A stretch of 64,000 nucleotides of DNA from Nemertoderma westbladi. Taxonomy: Eukaryota > Animalia > Xenacoelomorpha. The DNA lies in the NCBI GenBank assembly GCA_032718475.1, contig JAUCBJ010008172.1, positions 1 through 64,000 on the forward strand, read 5' to 3'. The position numbers and the translations under genes were made by a program. This document shows positions 35,270-48,285 of the stretch, piece after piece (within the stretch, counting starts at the first letter, position 1; each line of letters begins with the position of its first letter). The notes beneath the pieces are model-generated. The model had not been told where the DNA came from and ran no database searches. It saw nothing but the letters and a program-made list of their open reading frames with translations.

Positions 35270-36530
35270 ATCCACGAAGCTAAGGAAAATCAACTACTTT
35301 CGCTAAGAAAGATTTTCCTTAGCTGAGATGGTCTATTCATAGTGGGCTATTTTACTTGTGTGAGGCAGATTTGGTTTTTTTTGATTCCGGAAAAAACTAG
35401 CCTTTAAAAGTACCCTGAAATTTTGCATGTATGTACTACTCGTCGAGGCGCATCTTTTAGGCCGGGTCTCATATCCAGGAAAAATCTGGTTTCCATGGCA
35501 ACGGACTTAGAAAAAAGTCTATGTATTTCAAGTCAATATTTATAACTCTATTTGTAGGAAAACTATAATAGATATAAACTTGGGGTTTCTCAACTCAACT
35601 ATAAGTTCCATAGCAGAGCCGATTGAGGTTAAATAGAAAATCCAGTTACCTTGGCAACCGGGCTAAACAGATGTTAAAATTTATAAAATGTTAATTTGAA
35701 GCCTAAGGTTAAGGTGTTGTGACTTGGGACCAACCCCTACCCCCACTATATAACTTATTCTGCGTCCAAATTTCATTGTTCTATTTTGTAGTTTCCATGA
35801 CAACCGCTGAAAACAGATGTTTTAATACAAAAATTACTCATTTGGACGTAGACTTCGCGATAAAATTTTACGAAACTGGTTATGTGTTATCTGGACCACT
35901 AGTTCGAACTTTTAGTAAAACTCAAAACATTCCAGAAATATCTAGTTACCATGGTAACTGGAGTTTATTACAGATTATATCATTCAAGTCTATATTCATA
36001 ACTCTATTTATAGAATAACCGCAATAGATATAAACTTGGGGTTTCTCATCTCAATGATAAGAACAATAGTCGAGCTGATTGAGGTTAATTAGAAAATCCA
36101 GTTACCAGGGCAACCATGCTAAACAGATGTCCAAATTTATAAAATTGTTATTTGAAGCATAAATTTAAGGTATTACGACTTGGGACCAATCCCTACCCCC
36201 ACTATATCACTAATTCCGCATCCAATTTAAATTGTCGCATTTTTCAGTTTCCATGACAACCACTACAAACAGACGTTTTAACAATTAAATCCTTTGTTTT
36301 ACACATTAACTACTCAATGAAACTGAATTGAAGTATGTGTCACCTGGAACCACAAACCGGAGCTTAATGTAAACCTCAGCAGTTCTAGAAAACTCCGGTT
36401 GCCATGGTAATATGAGTTTTAAAGGCATATGCCTCTTAACTCTGTAAAGCAATGAAGTGATGAGTCAAAGAGTGTTTAATTTTCCTTAGCTTCGTGGTTG
36501 CATTTCCTTTAGGAAATGCCTTTCTAGTAG
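35270..36530 (+). mobile_element. Non-autonomous Helentron/DINE-1-like (HINE) element, unit 1
   Basis: 19-bp subterminal IRs CCACGAAGCTAAGGAAAAT (35272) and ATTTTCCTTAGCTTCGTGG (ends 36497). Short internal IR near the 5' end (GATTTTCCTTAGCT ~35311). 3' stem-loop GCATTTCCT-TT-AGGAAATGC then CTTTCTAG. Internal ~460-bp duplication. Confidence 0.7.
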
Positions 36531-37771
36531 ATCCACGAAGCTAAGGAAAATCAACTACTTTCGCTAAGAAAGATTTTCCTTAGCTGAGATGGTCTATTCA
36601 TAGTGGGCTATTTTACTTGTATGGAGCAGATTAGTTTTTTTTTGATAGGTGAAAAAACTAGTCTTTAAAAGTACCCTGAAATTTTGCATGTATATACTAC
36701 TCGTCGAGGCGCATCTTTTGGACTGGGTCTCATATCCAGGAAAAATCTGGTTTCCATGGCAACGGACTTAGAAAAAAGTCTATGTATTTCAAGTCAATAT
36801 TTATAACTCTATTTGTAGGAAAACTATAATAGATATAAACTTGGGGTTTCTCAACACAACTATAAGGTCCATAGCAGAGCCGATTGAGGTTAAATAGAAA
36901 ATCCAGTTACCTTGGCAACCGGGCTAAACAGATGTTAAAATTTATAAAATGTTAATTTGAAGCCTAAGGTTAAGGTGTTATGACTTGGGACCAACCCCTA
37001 CCCCCACTATATAACTTATTCTGCGTCCGAACTTGATTGTTCTATTTTGCAGTTACCATGACAACCGCTGTAAACAGATGTTTTTATACAAAAATTACTC
37101 ATTTGGACATAGACTTCGCTATAAAATTTTACGAAACTGGTTATCTGTTACCTAGACCACTAGTTGGAACTTTTAGTGAAACTAAAAAACATTCCAGAAA
37201 TATCTAGTTACCGTGGTAACTGGAGTTTATTACAGATTATATCATTCAAGTCTATATTCATAACTCTATTTATAGAATAACCGCAATAGATATAAACTTG
37301 GGGTTTCTCAACTCAATGATAATGACAATAGTCGAGCTGATTGAGGTTTATTAGAAAATCCAGTTACCAGCGCAACCATGGTAAACAGATGTTCAAATTT
37401 ATAAAATGGTTATTTGAAGCATAACATTAAGGTATTTCGACTTGGGACCAATCCCTACCCCCACTATATCACTAATTACGCATCCAATTTAAATTGTCGC
37501 ATTTTTCAGTTTCCATGACAACCACTACAAACAGACGTTTTAACAATTAAATCCTTTGTTTTACACATTAACTACTCAATGAAACTGAATTGAAGTATGT
37601 GTCACCTGGAACCACAAACCGGATCTTAATGTAATCCTCAGCAGTTCTAGAAAATTCCGGTTGCCATTGTAATATGAGTTTTTAAGGCATATGCCTCTTA
37701 ACTCTGTAAAGCAATAAAGTGATGAGTCAAAGAGTGTTTAATTTTCCTTAGCTTCGTGGTTGCAACCACGA
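36531..37771 (+). mobile_element. HINE-like unit 2 (head-to-tail tandem copy, 3' stem-loop absent)
   Basis: High identity to unit 1. Ends in the palindrome TCGTGGTTGCAACCACGA (37754-37771) abutting the PolB fragment. Confidence 0.7.
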
Positions 37772-37789
37772 TTTCATTGTCTCATTTTG

Positions 37790-38558
37790 CTTATGTAATT
37801 CAATCGAGAAATGTGACTTATTATTATCCAAGCCGAATCACGAAAATTTAATTATGTTCACTGATTCATTATCAGGTCACGTCCTATCTAAGACTGCGGT
37901 TTGTTTGCATAAACCTATTTTTTTAGGCCAAGCTGTATTGGACCTGTCGAAGTTAGATTATTACAGTTTCTTCTACGAGAAATTAAAGCCCCTGGAAGCC
38001 GAATTAAATTGTAGTATAAATTTGTTAGGTGGGGACACAGATTCTTTTTTTTTACAGTGTGTTGGTTTATCCCAACACCAATTTTTATCTGCGTTACAAT
38101 CAAAAAAAGTTTTAGACTGTTCAAATTATCCTATTACACATCCGTTGTATACAGTAGAACAGAAAGGGAAATATAGATATTTAAAGGATGAAGGGAAGTC
38201 TATCCCGTTTGACCAGGTTATTTTACTTAGACCAAAATATTATAGCTTTCGTGGGGGGTCAGTTCCAAAACGTGCCGCTAAAGGCGTAGGAAAAATGGTT
38301 ATAAAAAATAAACTCTCCCACGAATCATATTTAAAAGTATATAACGAGGTTAGCGAGCATTACGAATACAGTCAAAGGTTTCAATCTAATTTACATAAAA
38401 TATACACCGTTTCACAAAGAAAAAAATCGCTAACACTGTGGGAAGATAAAAGATACTACACATCGACTAATGAAAGTCTACCTTACGGCCATTATAAAAC
38501 ACATTTGGATCGTAAAGCGCCTGCCCCTAAGCTTTATATACCGCCCATTATAGAATAG
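37790..38558 (+). pseudogene. Polinton-type protein-primed family B DNA polymerase, C-terminal fragment
   Basis: KPIFLGQAVLDLSK, GDTDS, LRPKYY, AKGV, WEDKRY, SLPYGHY. The N-terminal part is missing. Confidence 0.9.
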
Positions 38559-38614
38559 CGGATTGCGATGTCTTTTAGTGTTGTCAACAGTAATATAAGT
38601 TTGAGGTTGGTTGG

Positions 38615-39151
38615 ATGGATGGTTGGTGGAGGTTGGATGGGTGCATATCATTCGATGTGCTGGCTAAACGAATTCGAAATGGAAAACTCATCTTAAAGCC
38701 TTTTCAATATATCACCAAAATTTGCGGATGGTCGTGTCTCTTTTTCCCGAGCGGTAAGGTCACTGTACTCGGTAAATCGCCTAAAATAAAAAAAATTATT
38801 AAGTATATATATAAGCATACTGATTATAAACTAACTTTTATTTCAATCAATAGCCAAACTTATATTATTAACAATCTAGACATAGACTATAGCAAATTAA
38901 TGAAAACGGTCGGGTTTCATTTTTTAGATAATTATTATAATGTGGAGGTGAAATATGAGCCGGAGATATTTAATAATATTCTTGTGCAGTTTTATCATCG
39001 GGGTAAAACTAGTTCTAATATCATAAAATTTTGCGTTTTTTACACACGAAATGTTGTATGTATGGCAAGACCCAGGATATTTCGAGTATTTTTTCCAAAG
39101 TTTTTGAATTTTATTGGTAATTTAGATAGTCATTTAGGTAGAAATATTTAA
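38615..39151 (+). CDS. Divergent TATA-binding-protein (TBP)-like protein
   Basis: Two TBP-repeat signatures, SCLFFPSGKVTVLG and VKYEPEIF...KFCVFYTRNVVCMA. 178 aa, about the size of a TBP core. Confidence 0.65.
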   Translation: MDGWWRLDGCISFDVLAKRIRNGKLILKPFQYITKICGWSCLFFPSGKVTVLGKSPKIKKIIKYIYKHTDYKLTFISINSQTYIINNLDIDYSKLMKTVGFHFLDNYYNVEVKYEPEIFNNILVQFYHRGKTSSNIIKFCVFYTRNVVCMARPRIFRVFFPKFLNFIGNLDSHLGRNI

Positions 39152-39576
39152 TATTTAATTTTTTCATTTCTGGTGCCAGTTAGGTTTGTCCGGTGGGATC
39201 TCGTTAGGTTTTTAAATAAACGTGGATATTAACATTATTCACATTATATATAACATGTTTTATCGGTAGTCTTAGGTTGTCAAGGGCGTCAATTTCATTT
39301 CTGATGTCGGTTTATATTTACATAAATCTAGTCTATCTGTCTATTTGTCGGTCTTTCTGTCAGTCAGTATGTCAAAATTAATTCATTGTTCGCGTTATAT
39401 AATGTATTTTATTAATTATTGATGTTAGGTTTTAAAGAGTGCCAGTTTCTATAATTGCTTGGTTTTATCGCGTGAAAAACCCCACCCACGCATATAATCG
39501 ATACTATTTATAACGGTGGTGGTGTTTTATTACTTACAATTATTGTTCTCGTTTATATAAGTTATTAATATATGTA

Positions 39577-39918
39577 ATGAAATCACTCAAAGCTTTAATT
39601 AAACAATTTGACGGGGATTTAAAGTTCTTATCTAACGCCTCCCTTAACCGTAGAAAAACCTTCTTACGCGTCGGCAGAACCGACGAACTTATAAGTTTTC
39701 TAATTAATATTAATCTAAATGTATTAAATGGTAACGTAAAAATTCCTGAGCAAACAATCGTGAGGTTAAAACGCCATAAAAAAACAATACGCGAGATCGC
39801 TAAAAAGCCAAAAGCAGCCAAGTATCCCATTCGAATTTATCGTAAACGATTGGTGCAAAGGGGCAGATTTATAAATCGACTAATCTCTGGTTTAATGAGT
39901 GGGCTTAACGCTTATTAG
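39577..39918 (+). CDS. Polinton basic core-type protein
   Basis: LNVLNGNVKI...RLKRHKKTIREIA...RKRLVQRGRF resembles the small basic protein with a QxGGF cleavage site found beside the ATPase in animal Polintons (recognised from memory). Confidence 0.65.
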   Translation: MKSLKALIKQFDGDLKFLSNASLNRRKTFLRVGRTDELISFLININLNVLNGNVKIPEQTIVRLKRHKKTIREIAKKPKAAKYPIRIYRKRLVQRGRFINRLISGLMSGLNAY

Positions 39919-40058
39919 AAAATATCACCCATAATAACGGCTGTAAGAGGCAGAAAATTAGCCCAATCCCGCCGGGGGTATAGACCTAGTACCTCTGGTA
40001 CACGCGTCAACCGTCAAGTTTCTAGGTTTCCCATCTACTGAGTGGCTACCTATCAACA

Positions 40059-40769
40059 ATGTCCCGAGAGCCGACGATATCGCAGGAACCAATCACATCA
40101 TACGACGCCTCTTTCAAGATGGGTTCGGCCATGATTATTGCGGGTCCAAGTTCTTCCGGAAAAACAGTGCTGGTATCAAAAATTGTAAAAAATAAAAATT
40201 TAGTTTTTGATATAACCCCGAAGCATGTATTATTCTTTTATGGCGCCACCCCACCAGAATTCCCAGGTATAACACATCTATTCAAAGGTTTACCGCAAAA
40301 AATTAATTCTATTTTCCGCGAAAACGATCTAATTATTATAGACGACTTGTTAAGCGAAAGTAAGAGTGATGAGAGTTTGACAGAAAGCTTCACAAAAACC
40401 TGCCATCATACTTCCTGTTTCATTATCTATATAACACAAAATTTCTTCAGTAAAGGGGCGGAAACACGGACTAGAAGTCTAAATGCCCAATATTGTATTT
40501 TCACAAAAAATCCCCACGACGCAAGTCAAATAAGTTATATAGCGCGGCAAGTGTACCCAAAAAATAGCAATTTTATTGTTCAAGCATATAGTGACGCCAC
40601 ACAAAAACCATTCACACACCTTCTCTTAGACTTTCATCAAAAAACGGATGATAGTATAAGAGTTAGGGGTGATATTTTAAACCCATTAGGGCAAACTGTT
40701 TATCAACCCACGAACACGAACTCTAACACACCTCACCAACGCCCTGAGGCTCAGTCTATACCGCAGTAG
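40059..40769 (+). CDS. Polinton A32/FtsK-like DNA packaging ATPase
   Basis: Walker A IIAGPSSSGKT, Walker B LIIIDD, ITQNFF, RSLNAQY, AYSDAT.KPF.HLLLDFH, RVRG. Confidence 0.93.
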   Translation: MSREPTISQEPITSYDASFKMGSAMIIAGPSSSGKTVLVSKIVKNKNLVFDITPKHVLFFYGATPPEFPGITHLFKGLPQKINSIFRENDLIIIDDLLSESKSDESLTESFTKTCHHTSCFIIYITQNFFSKGAETRTRSLNAQYCIFTKNPHDASQISYIARQVYPKNSNFIVQAYSDATQKPFTHLLLDFHQKTDDSIRVRGDILNPLGQTVYQPTNTNSNTPHQRPEAQSIPQ

Positions 40770-40890
40770 CGACGCCGCGCGAAAACCATTTTCACACCTT
40801 GTTTAGACTTTCACCAAAATTAGGTTATTATCGGTCCATGAACGTGAACTCTAGTATATAGTATTAATATATTAATAATGATATATAACG

Positions 40891-41340
40891 ATGAAAAATA
40901 ACGAGATTAGCCTCGGAAATTTTAAGAAGTTGTATCTAGTTTCTACTTTATTAACGGATACTTATAATAATAATAATAAGAAAAGCAATAATATAATACA
41001 ACCGCTAGATGGTGTGACAATTTTATCCCAGAAAGCCAAACGATTGTTGAGTTATTTGATGCGATTCTCGCGAGACAGAGTACGGTGGAGTGATAATAAT
41101 AAACTCTATATACAAAATAAACTTATACCCGGAGCGAATATTGATCATTTGATTGAATTGCTGACTACAAAAAAAAAATAAGAAAAACACCAAAATAATT
41201 CCAGGACAAACAACATTTTTGGGGTTATTAAAACGATTAAGGATACCAAAACGATTAATTGGTCGCGGTTGGTTGAAACGGCAAAGGGTCCGTGTGACCC
41301 CCTCCAACGCAAAACGCGTCGACGCGTGGAAACAATACGT
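40891..41340 (+). pseudogene. Conserved Polinton protein between ATPase and integrase (interrupted near poly-A at ~41170-41181)
   Basis: KAKRLLSYL...VRWSDNNKLYIQNKLIPGANIDHLI...IPGQ..F...LKRLRIPKRLIG pattern is typical of animal Polinton ORFs upstream of the integrase. Confidence 0.55.
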
Positions 41341-41469
41341 AGGACTACAATAAATCGACGTGCGGAAACAAAACGCGGGATAACATTAAAATAGTAGTAT
41401 GTTTTTTGAACGTTTCATATTAAGTATTAACTGTCATTGCAAGTGTTTTCTACCGCGACACGACACAAC

Positions 41470-42280
41470 CGATGGGGAGAATCGTAGAAAATCGAACAAA
41501 CAAACGACTGGGAAGAATATATTACGATGTTTCAAATGCTGCCGGTTTCGTTCGCCGGCTAGGCGCCATTACCCGACATCGGTTATTATCGGTCCATGAA
41601 CGTGAACTCTAGTATATAGTATTAATATATTAATAATGATATATAACGATGAAAAATAACGAGATTAGCCTCGGAAATTTTAAGAAGTTGTATCTAGTTT
41701 CTACTTTATTAACGGATACTTATAATAATAATAAGAAATGTACAGAATTTTCACGAGGAGACAGAATAGAGAATGGATGAGTATATTGCCAAAAATATTG
41801 GTTGCATATAATAATTCAATACATAGAACCATTGGTATGGCGCCAAACTCAGTCAATAAAAATAATGAAACTGACTCATTTTTAAAACTATATGGCAGTG
41901 TGGGCCATCCCAATAAAAAGAAACGCCGCGAACAGCGTCGAGTTTATTTCAAAGTTGGCGATAAAGTGTGTCTGAGTTTAACCGCGACGCCATTTTCCAA
42001 AGGATATACACCTAACTATACCAGGGAAATTTTCGAAATTTCTAGAATACGGATGGATCGAGAGCCGTACCCTATGTACGAAGTTATGGATGTGAATAGG
42101 CGTGTTATTAAAGGGACATTTTATCAATATGAAATGAAAAAGTTGAAAGAACCGTTTGAGTTCTTACCAATTGAAAAAGTAATCAAGGAAAAAGTAATAA
42201 ACAAAAAAACAGGGAAAAAACAATACCTGGTAAAATTCGTTGGTTATGCGAAGCACCGGTGGGTTGATAGGATACAATAA
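41470..42280 (+). pseudogene. Polinton retroviral-like integrase with C-terminal chromodomain; catalytic core deleted
   Basis: N-terminal YYDVSNAAGF (~41519). C-terminal AYNNSIHRTIGMAP, FKVGDKV, FSKGYTPNYT, GTFYQYE and chromodomain IEKVI..QYLVKFVGY..W. The middle is replaced by a copy of 40823-40983. Confidence 0.88.
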
Positions 42281-43140
42281 TGGATCGCTTACATTTGACA
42301 TTGACTTCTGACGCCAGTCTAGATAAATATCCTAACAACACCCTGAGCGATTTTACAATTGAATTGTCCAAACCTATTCCCATTACCACGGATTGGGTTG
42401 TGGGCCTAAAAGAAATACAATATGTATCAACTTATAGGAATATTGAGCAAAGATCCGGAATTTAAAATTGGCGAATACATGGAAGATGCGGATATACCAT
42501 TCCATATTGCTCCATATAATCTTATTGAAATCGATCTTAATCATGGGCTGTATGCTTCCGTTGAGTCAATTATAAATTATATTACCGTATATTTGAAAAA
42601 AAATTCCATAGCACATCATGGTTTCTCCGATGTTAAGTTTAATTATCACAAGCACACATCGAAAATACATTTGCATTCTATGAAAGGACGCTATTTCCAA
42701 TTCTACGGGGATTTAATAAATATATTTGGCTTATCGTCTTTAAAAAAAATAACATACTTGGTCTTGACGCGTTTTGGTCAATACTTTACAACCCAGAAGA
42801 CAACTTACTAAGTTTAGGCTCTAGAAATTCAGACAAAAATGGAATTGACTTTCCTGAACCCTGCGATATAACGAGGGATAGACATACAATGTTTATATAT
42901 ACAGATATAATTGAATCTTCCCACGTGGGGCATTCTATGGTTCCTCTGTTGCGGATAATCCCGTTAAAATGGCAATCATACTCATTTATAAGTCAAGAGT
43001 TCGAAGACACTCATTACAAACAGTTAAAAAATCAAAAATTTGTTAATACAATTAGTATAACGCTTCGCGATCATAAAGGAAAGCATATAGTGTTTCACGG
43101 TGGTAAAACAATTTTAGTTCTAGAACTAAAAAAACAGGAA
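42280..43140 (+). pseudogene. Polinton minor capsid (penton-like) protein, frameshifted
   Basis: LTLTSDASLDKYPNNTLSDFTIEL..WVVGLKEI at the N-terminus and MFIYTDIIE..VG..VPLLRII..ISITLRD..G..F..G.T.LVL at the C-terminus, spread over three ORFs. Confidence 0.8.
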
Positions 43141-46100
43141 CAGATTTCACGCTGAATTCTGAACTGTCTATAACACTTGACAGTGAACATACCCTAGTAT
43201 TATTTGGAGCAGAGGTTGTTACTGCTAATGACTTAATTTCTTTGAAATAACATGTCGATACATTGTGCTCATTGACTGTCTTATTTGGCCATGTGACCTC
43301 GCCCCCTAGACTCAGAAATTTGGGGCCATGTCTCCAAATATTTGAGTTTATTAATTGTTCTGCTGACAGACCTCTCGTTGGAATATCAGCCGGGTTCATT
43401 GAACCTGGACAGTGTCACCATTGGGCATTTAACTCGTTTGTTAATTTACGAATTTCTGCTAGGCGATTTTGAACAAACTGCTTACAGTTTTGGTTAGTTG
43501 ATTTTATCCAACACAAAACGTCGTAAGCGTCTGTCCACAAGTATACAGTACATTTTGTTGTTGAAAATCGTAGTCCTGTAAATGTGAACTTTGTTAATCT
43601 AGTCAAGATTAACGCCCCTAATAATTCTAGTCTGGGTATTGACTGTTTAGCCAGCTGGCATACTTTTGACTTGGTCGACAACAGTGTGACGCTGACTGAT
43701 GTATCAGAGTATTCTGCTCTGATGTATGTAACAGCCGCATATAATTGTTTACTTGCATCGGAGAACCCGCGCAATTGAATGGATACAATTTTTCGTGTTG
43801 TATTGAATAGACATCTGTTAATTTCGAAATGCCTGAAAACTAAAAGTCCATCAACCCATTTCATCCACAATGGAAGAAGGAGTGAAGGAATATTTTCATC
43901 CCATTCAACCTTTTCCTTTGCCAAAGTTTGTAGTGTCGCTTTCATTGGAGCAGTGTGTAAGGTGGGAGAAACCCCAGTGGGTTGTAAATTCTTGCAATTA
44001 ATTGCAGCACGCCCCTTTTTGATGGTGTAATGGTTCATATATATTTGCGAACACTACTTAGATCAAAACCTAATTTGTCATCATTTAGATGCCATAATTG
44101 CCCTAAAACGTGACTAGTGTTATTATTTTGTGGTTCAGGTTGTGCAATAGAAACTTTAGCATGTTTGAATATCTTCAAGTTTGTTATCTGTACTATCTAT
44201 AGGATTTTTTGTGATTACTATTTTTGCTAGTTTCTATTTGTTTCATTTCATTTTCTTCGGTTTGATTGAAAATTTGTCTTAGTTCTTTATCGTTTGTTTT
44301 CCAACGACGAATATTAAAACCGTCTCTAGCTAAGATTGCCTTTGTCGCCAATTGGAGTTGTCGACCTTCTGATATGTCATTGACCCCCGTATTTAAATCG
44401 TCTACATGCATATTATTGTCTTGTAGTTTAGGGATTGCAGTCGCTTCTGGAGTACTTGCGGATTTCGATTCTAATTGTAAGTGATGTTCTAACATGGCAC
44501 TTAATTAGGAACCGAAGGTTACTTTCTGTAAGAATTTGATGTAATAGTAGTAATAGTAATAGTAATATTTTGAAGCGAAATAACATAAAAACGGCTCTAA
44601 CGATTTTGTTAAAATTTTGCATAACGCAATGTTTTGATGACCACTATCGTTTCCCGCTGGTCCCATGTCTGTCCATAGAATGTGGGCTCGAAAAATAGTC
44701 ATAAACGAAAAAACGCCATAGGCGCAATGATAAAACACCAGCTGGAGTGCATGAAAAATGTATAGAGGGCCTAGTGATTCTATTCAATAGAGAAAGGGCC
44801 AACTAACAAGGATGTACTTTCTGTGCCAAGTTTTTATTTAATCACTCACTCTTTCAACCCAGACTATAAGCAAACTTTAACTTGGTTAGTAATCTACTAT
44901 TATCCCATCAGCTGAATAACTCTTCCCCGTGCTTCCTAAGGGAATATCTACAAGGTGGTGGTGGGTTGTGGGTCAGCGGAATGAATTTTAGTTACACACA
45001 TAGTGCTGGTTACCGTTAATGGTACTATACTCAGCTAATAATAAAATAATAATTGATGTATTTAAAAATCCGAGAGGGGGGTGAGTTAGTGACTTGCTTG
45101 GCAAACATTAATTATATTAATCTGTCAAACCAGAGGGAATACAGAGTGGGATCTACAGTACCTGTCTCTGTATAACTTTTTGCCCAGCTGATAGCTCCTT
45201 TAATCCAACACAAACTGTTGCCCTGGATTCAATGAATGCGAATGTCTATTACAGTAGGTTCCTGGGAAAAGCTGGCCACGTGAATGACTTTTTAGTTATA
45301 GAGTAGTGTACACGAGTGAGGCTTAACTCTCTCAGCGAACAATTATAATTATACTATGGCTAGTTATATATTCTGATATTGGCTTCCGACACACACACTG
45401 AAACCTACACCTAAGTTCGCTGGTTATTCGCAGTTCTGACTCGCCATATATGAACCTAACTGTATGGTACTATTGATAAACTATACTAATTGCAATGTTC
45501 AATTAAAATCAGAGTTTGGAGGTCTAATTATGTTTTGGCAACATTAATACTATGAGTGGTGTTTGGTATTATATATAATTTTGATGTAGACAGGATATAT
45601 GTTGCCCTAACTGCTTTAATAATTACTAGGAACAGATTATGAGATATATGAGTTTCTTTTCCCTAAATTGAGAATTTAACATTGAGGCGGGATATTAATT
45701 CGCCAAGGTAGGTTTTGCGTCCACTTCCCCCCCTGTCTCCTTTGTTCACTACCTTGGTGCAATTTTTTATTATAAATGCTGAACATACGTGCAAATTACA
45801 GTATTAGTATAGGTAGTGCTGGCTGATACTGGGTGCTCATATTTGTATTGTGACGACGTCAGACCGAAAGCTGCACCTGTGTATCTATATGCTTGGAGTT
45901 CTTGATTTTCTGAGTTTACATCTTTTATGTTTTTTATCCATAAAACGTAAATAGTTTCTGTCCGCTTGATCAATCTGACAACGCATAAATGCTTGTTCTT
46001 TATCGGCGCTTATTCCTATATTTTGGATGCGGAAATATAGTGAATTGTGGCATTTATAACGTTGTCATATCTTTCAAGGAGATCAGTTTTGATTAAACGC

Positions 46101-46861
46101 CGTAACAGCGATGATAGTTGCTTGGAGCAAAATGTGAAATGATCCAATAAACTTTCGGGATTAATTTTCCTCGGTATTCCTACTGAATATAGACCATCTA
46201 TTTTTGTTATATTTTCTATGATGTTTGTGGTTTTCTCATCAGCATCGTTTATTCCGATGCTTTCAAGTGACCAAAAATAATTCAACAAATTTATCAGATT
46301 ATCATTGTTATTGTTAGTTTGTGATTTGTTCGACTCCATTGTTTGAGTTTCTATTAAGTTGCATGTAACATTGTTTGATTTGGTTAAATTTGTTGAACCA
46401 TGAAAGTTTGTTCCATAAACTTTCCCTGATAGTAACCACCCTACTCCGCTGTCTATAGCTACGAAATTAGAGTCAGATGAGCGGATACAAGTACCACTGG
46501 CAAACTCCCAGTAGTAGTCTGCCCCTACAAGTAGTTGTACTGGAAATGTATCATGTGAGTCTGACATTAATGTAGGATCTGCGAGATCTGTTGCCTTGAG
46601 TGAAAGTTTTGCTCTCCATTCACTAGAAGTTATATTATTTTGTAATGGCTCACATATTTTTGGTACAACAACTGCTTCTATAGCAGCAATTGGCCCATTC
46701 CGCAACAACAAGTTTACTTTGAATATCTGGTGATTTAGCGCAACCTTCTTGCCTCCACCAAATCCTTGAACGGACATTCTTTCTTGTCCAATTGGCCTTA
46801 AATTATGCTCGTTAACAAATTCTTGTGTAATGAATGTCCAACAGTCTTCATAGAGCATCAA
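43140..46861 (-). mobile_element. Old degenerate Bel/Pao pol fragment (third family), interrupted by a ~1.3-kb insert at ~44520-45850
   Basis: Protease-RT linker (LLVGADYYW, SGVGWLLSG), AFGLTSS, HVDD, GFSDAS, SIPRLELLG, NPADIPTRG, WRHGPKFL. Many stops; no LTRs seen. Confidence 0.85.
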
Positions 46862-47144
46862 CTTGTGATATTCTGAGAGACAAAGTATTCTGCTACACGT
46901 TTAGTATAGAAGCTAAACTTCTTAGTGTAAATAGCTTTAGTAACCATCAACCAAACGCAGGTAAAGTATGTGACGCGCAGAAATTTTAAAATATATTTTT
47001 TTTAATGTAAGTCCAAAATCCAGCGAATTGAGCACCTTGAGGTAATAAATGAGTCCACAGCAGCCAAGAGGTAATATTGCTGTTTCCAAAACAGCCTTTA
47101 TTGACATTTCAAACTTAACAATATTGAGGGAATTTGATGTAAAA

Positions 47145-47545
47145 CAAAGTAAAGTACGTGAGGTAGACATATCGTTTTGCAGGCTTCAGTTGCAGGTGGA
47201 TAGAGTTGTCATCCAATAGACGCCGAGCTCCAGGTGGCCTGATGGGCAGGATTCACAGTGTGTGATGCGCTGGCACTGCTTAAGTGGTCAGTTATAGTCC
47301 ATACAACTGTCACCTACTTTTCGAAAAAATATTTTTATGTCACGTACTTTACGAAAAAATATTTTTATGTCACGTACTTTACCATTGTAAATGTGTCAAA
47401 AGCACAGAATTTTCGAGAAATGTTCTACGCAAAACATGTAAATATACTTTAATATTGTAGATTCCACTTTTAGTTACCTTGGAGCTAAATTTGACTTTAT
47501 AAAATAAAATAATACATATTTTTGGTAAAGTACGTGACATTCAAA
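47145..47545. repeat. Direct and inverted TGTCACGTACTTT motifs, probably a MITE or DNA-transposon remnant
   Basis: Three ~30-bp tandem units at ~47308-47385; inverted AAAGTACGTGA at ~47151 and ~47528. Confidence 0.4.
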
Positions 47546-48285
47546 TTGCCTCATGCAAAAATCAAAAGTATTAGTCAGTCAACTCGTTTTAGATCATGAA
47601 CAACGTGGCATTGCATTCCCAAAATGTATATATTCCATCTGAAAAGGCTGAAAATAGCAAAACTGTATTGCATTGTGTCAAATTTTCAAAATACAAAATG
47701 TCTCTAATTTTAAAAAAAAAGTTGAAATTTTAACGCACCAGCTACCAGAGCAATTTACGATACTAGAATTTATATATTTGAGATTTATAGTTTCAGATTC
47801 GTATTCTGCAATAAATTTTGATCTAGTAAAAGTTCACAAAAGCCAACCATACCTAATTTTTAGAAATGAGCCCTTGGTTGACGTTATCGTGGAACGTGCC
47901 AAATACAGTTGACGTCAATCAATTTAACCGTGAGTAATATTCTGTAGAAATTCGGGGGTGTGTCTATAGAAATTTATATCGGTCGCATTAATCGCCACTG
48001 CAAAGCTGTTACCACTTACGTCAACCAATTTAAGCGTAAATAAATATTTCCATTAAAATTTAGGAAGTTTTTCAAAAAAAAATTATCTCAGGACAATAGC
48101 GATTAAACCGGTTGAGTGGTTAAAATATACCCGTTATCCCGATAGCCCATCATTATATTATAAATACGTCGTAAAATACTTTATTTCATCATTCGGGTTA
48201 ATTCATTATTTCATATTTTTTCGTGCATTGTTTTAGCGCAATATTATTGATTATTTTTACACTTAATATTTCACAAAATTTGTCG

